Position numbers and translations under genes: made by a program. A stretch of DNA of 63,974 bases, the filler included, from Octopus bimaculoides (lineage: Eukaryota), in NCBI RefSeq assembly GCF_001194135.2. It is 6 parts of 6 records of this genome, joined end to end, with 100 filler letters (N's around TTAATTAATTAA, not from the genome) between each part and the next. Parts side by side here need not be neighbours in the genome. Positions count along the whole stretch, not along the records: positions 62,913 to 63,974 come from NW_026326267.1; 5 more parts are not named here. One strand, 5' to 3'. The notes under the pieces were generated by a model, which saw only the letters and a list, made by a program, of their open reading frames with translations, did not search any database and was not told the DNA's origin. The first letter of the stretch is position 1. Every line of letters starts with the position of its first letter. Of the stretch, positions 62,913-63,974 are shown piece after piece.

Positions 62913-63974
62913 AAGAGATCACCGATAAACAATGGAAAAGAAAAGATAAATATTGTTGATAAACAAATAATAGGTTCCATTGATTAAAAAAAAGACGGTT
63001 AATATCAGGTGAAAATAAACGAGTGGGTACACATGAGAAGCAACAGGCAGCAATGACAAACGAACACTGACAAGAAAACAATTCTCACCTGTTGATAAAT
63101 CAGCAACAGGTACAATTTATAAATGAACAATAGATATTGTTGGTATACAAGCACGTCGGTGTCTTTAAAGAACTCTCTAGAATTCGATCCAATTATTCTG
63201 TAATAAGAGTAAGAGTCATTTATCATGGCCTCGGGCGGTACAGTACGCTGGGCCAACAGTGATATACCTTGACCTGAGGTTGACTAGAGTCTTGCTTGGA
63301 TAAATGAGGATATGTGGAGACTTAACCAATGGACAACGCTTGGTGTTAGTGGGGCTGGGTTTAATCTATTGCTAAGTTGTAGACAACTAGCAGCACCTCG
63401 GAGGCCCGTATCTCGCAAAGCGTTGGGACCAGGTCCCCAGTCCGAGGGTAGTTTCATATCTTCCATTCTTAATGGGCCATTAAGGCAGCCATTTCTCTTC
63501 TGACGTAGCCAAACCGGGGAACCAGTCTGATTCAGTAACATACACCATCTGTTCGTAGTCACGAGCAGACATAGACTCCCACTCCACCCACACGACCCTC
63601 ACCCTTTTCATCCAGAGGAACAACCGAGATGTGATAGCTAAAGTGAGAGAGAACTGCCTGAATAGGATAAGCTGAGTGAAATGAGGTGACTAAGTCAAGA
63701 ACTCGATAAGCCACTCAGTTTAGAAATCGAATTCACGACCATATTATTGTGAGTTCAACAACTCCACAACTTGACAACCAGACCTCACTCTCCATATCGT
63801 TCAACGCCAACTGCACCGAATAACCTAGATATTTAAACAGTCTGGGGCTAGCATACTTATCTTGACCATACATACAAGCACACAAATGTATATCTATAGA
63901 TATAGATATATATATATATTCGCACACATGTGTATGGGTGTGCGTGTGAGTGCGTGTATATATATATATATATA

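Noticed and set aside
63284-63562. GC-richer ORFs 63284-63562 (-) and 63312-63503 (+)
   Set aside because: No recognisable protein; the sequence resembles LINE-derived repeat DNA.

Overview
Draft-assembly eukaryotic DNA: very AT-rich, dense in microsatellites, and broken by many N gaps. The repeat families look like coleoid cephalopod (Octopus-like) repeats; this is recognition from memory, not a database result. The only host gene I can support is one internal exon of a Mox/Meox homeobox gene on the minus strand (9651->9476, reading (D)[58 protein letters not shown]|). It is too short for the ORF track and has canonical splice sites. Its first and last exons are not visible in the sequenced bases. 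The rest is decayed mobile DNA: three tRNA-derived SINE families, R4/Dong-like non-LTR elements in (TAA)n, Tc1/mariner/maT remnants, a deleted Gypsy LTR element and Penelope GIY-YIG fragments. The strongest non-obvious signals are (i) Penelope/retrozyme-type minimal hammerhead ribozyme motifs, one with an intact core inside a ~970-bp foldback (55231-56200) and one near-intact at 61482-61540, and (ii) several long palindromic elements, two with arm mismatches skewed to G:U pairs on the + strand. Five 100-bp blocks (44 N + TTAATTAATTAA + 44 N) are artificial scaffold joins, so adjacency across them is unproven. I see no evidence for a new multi-gene system.
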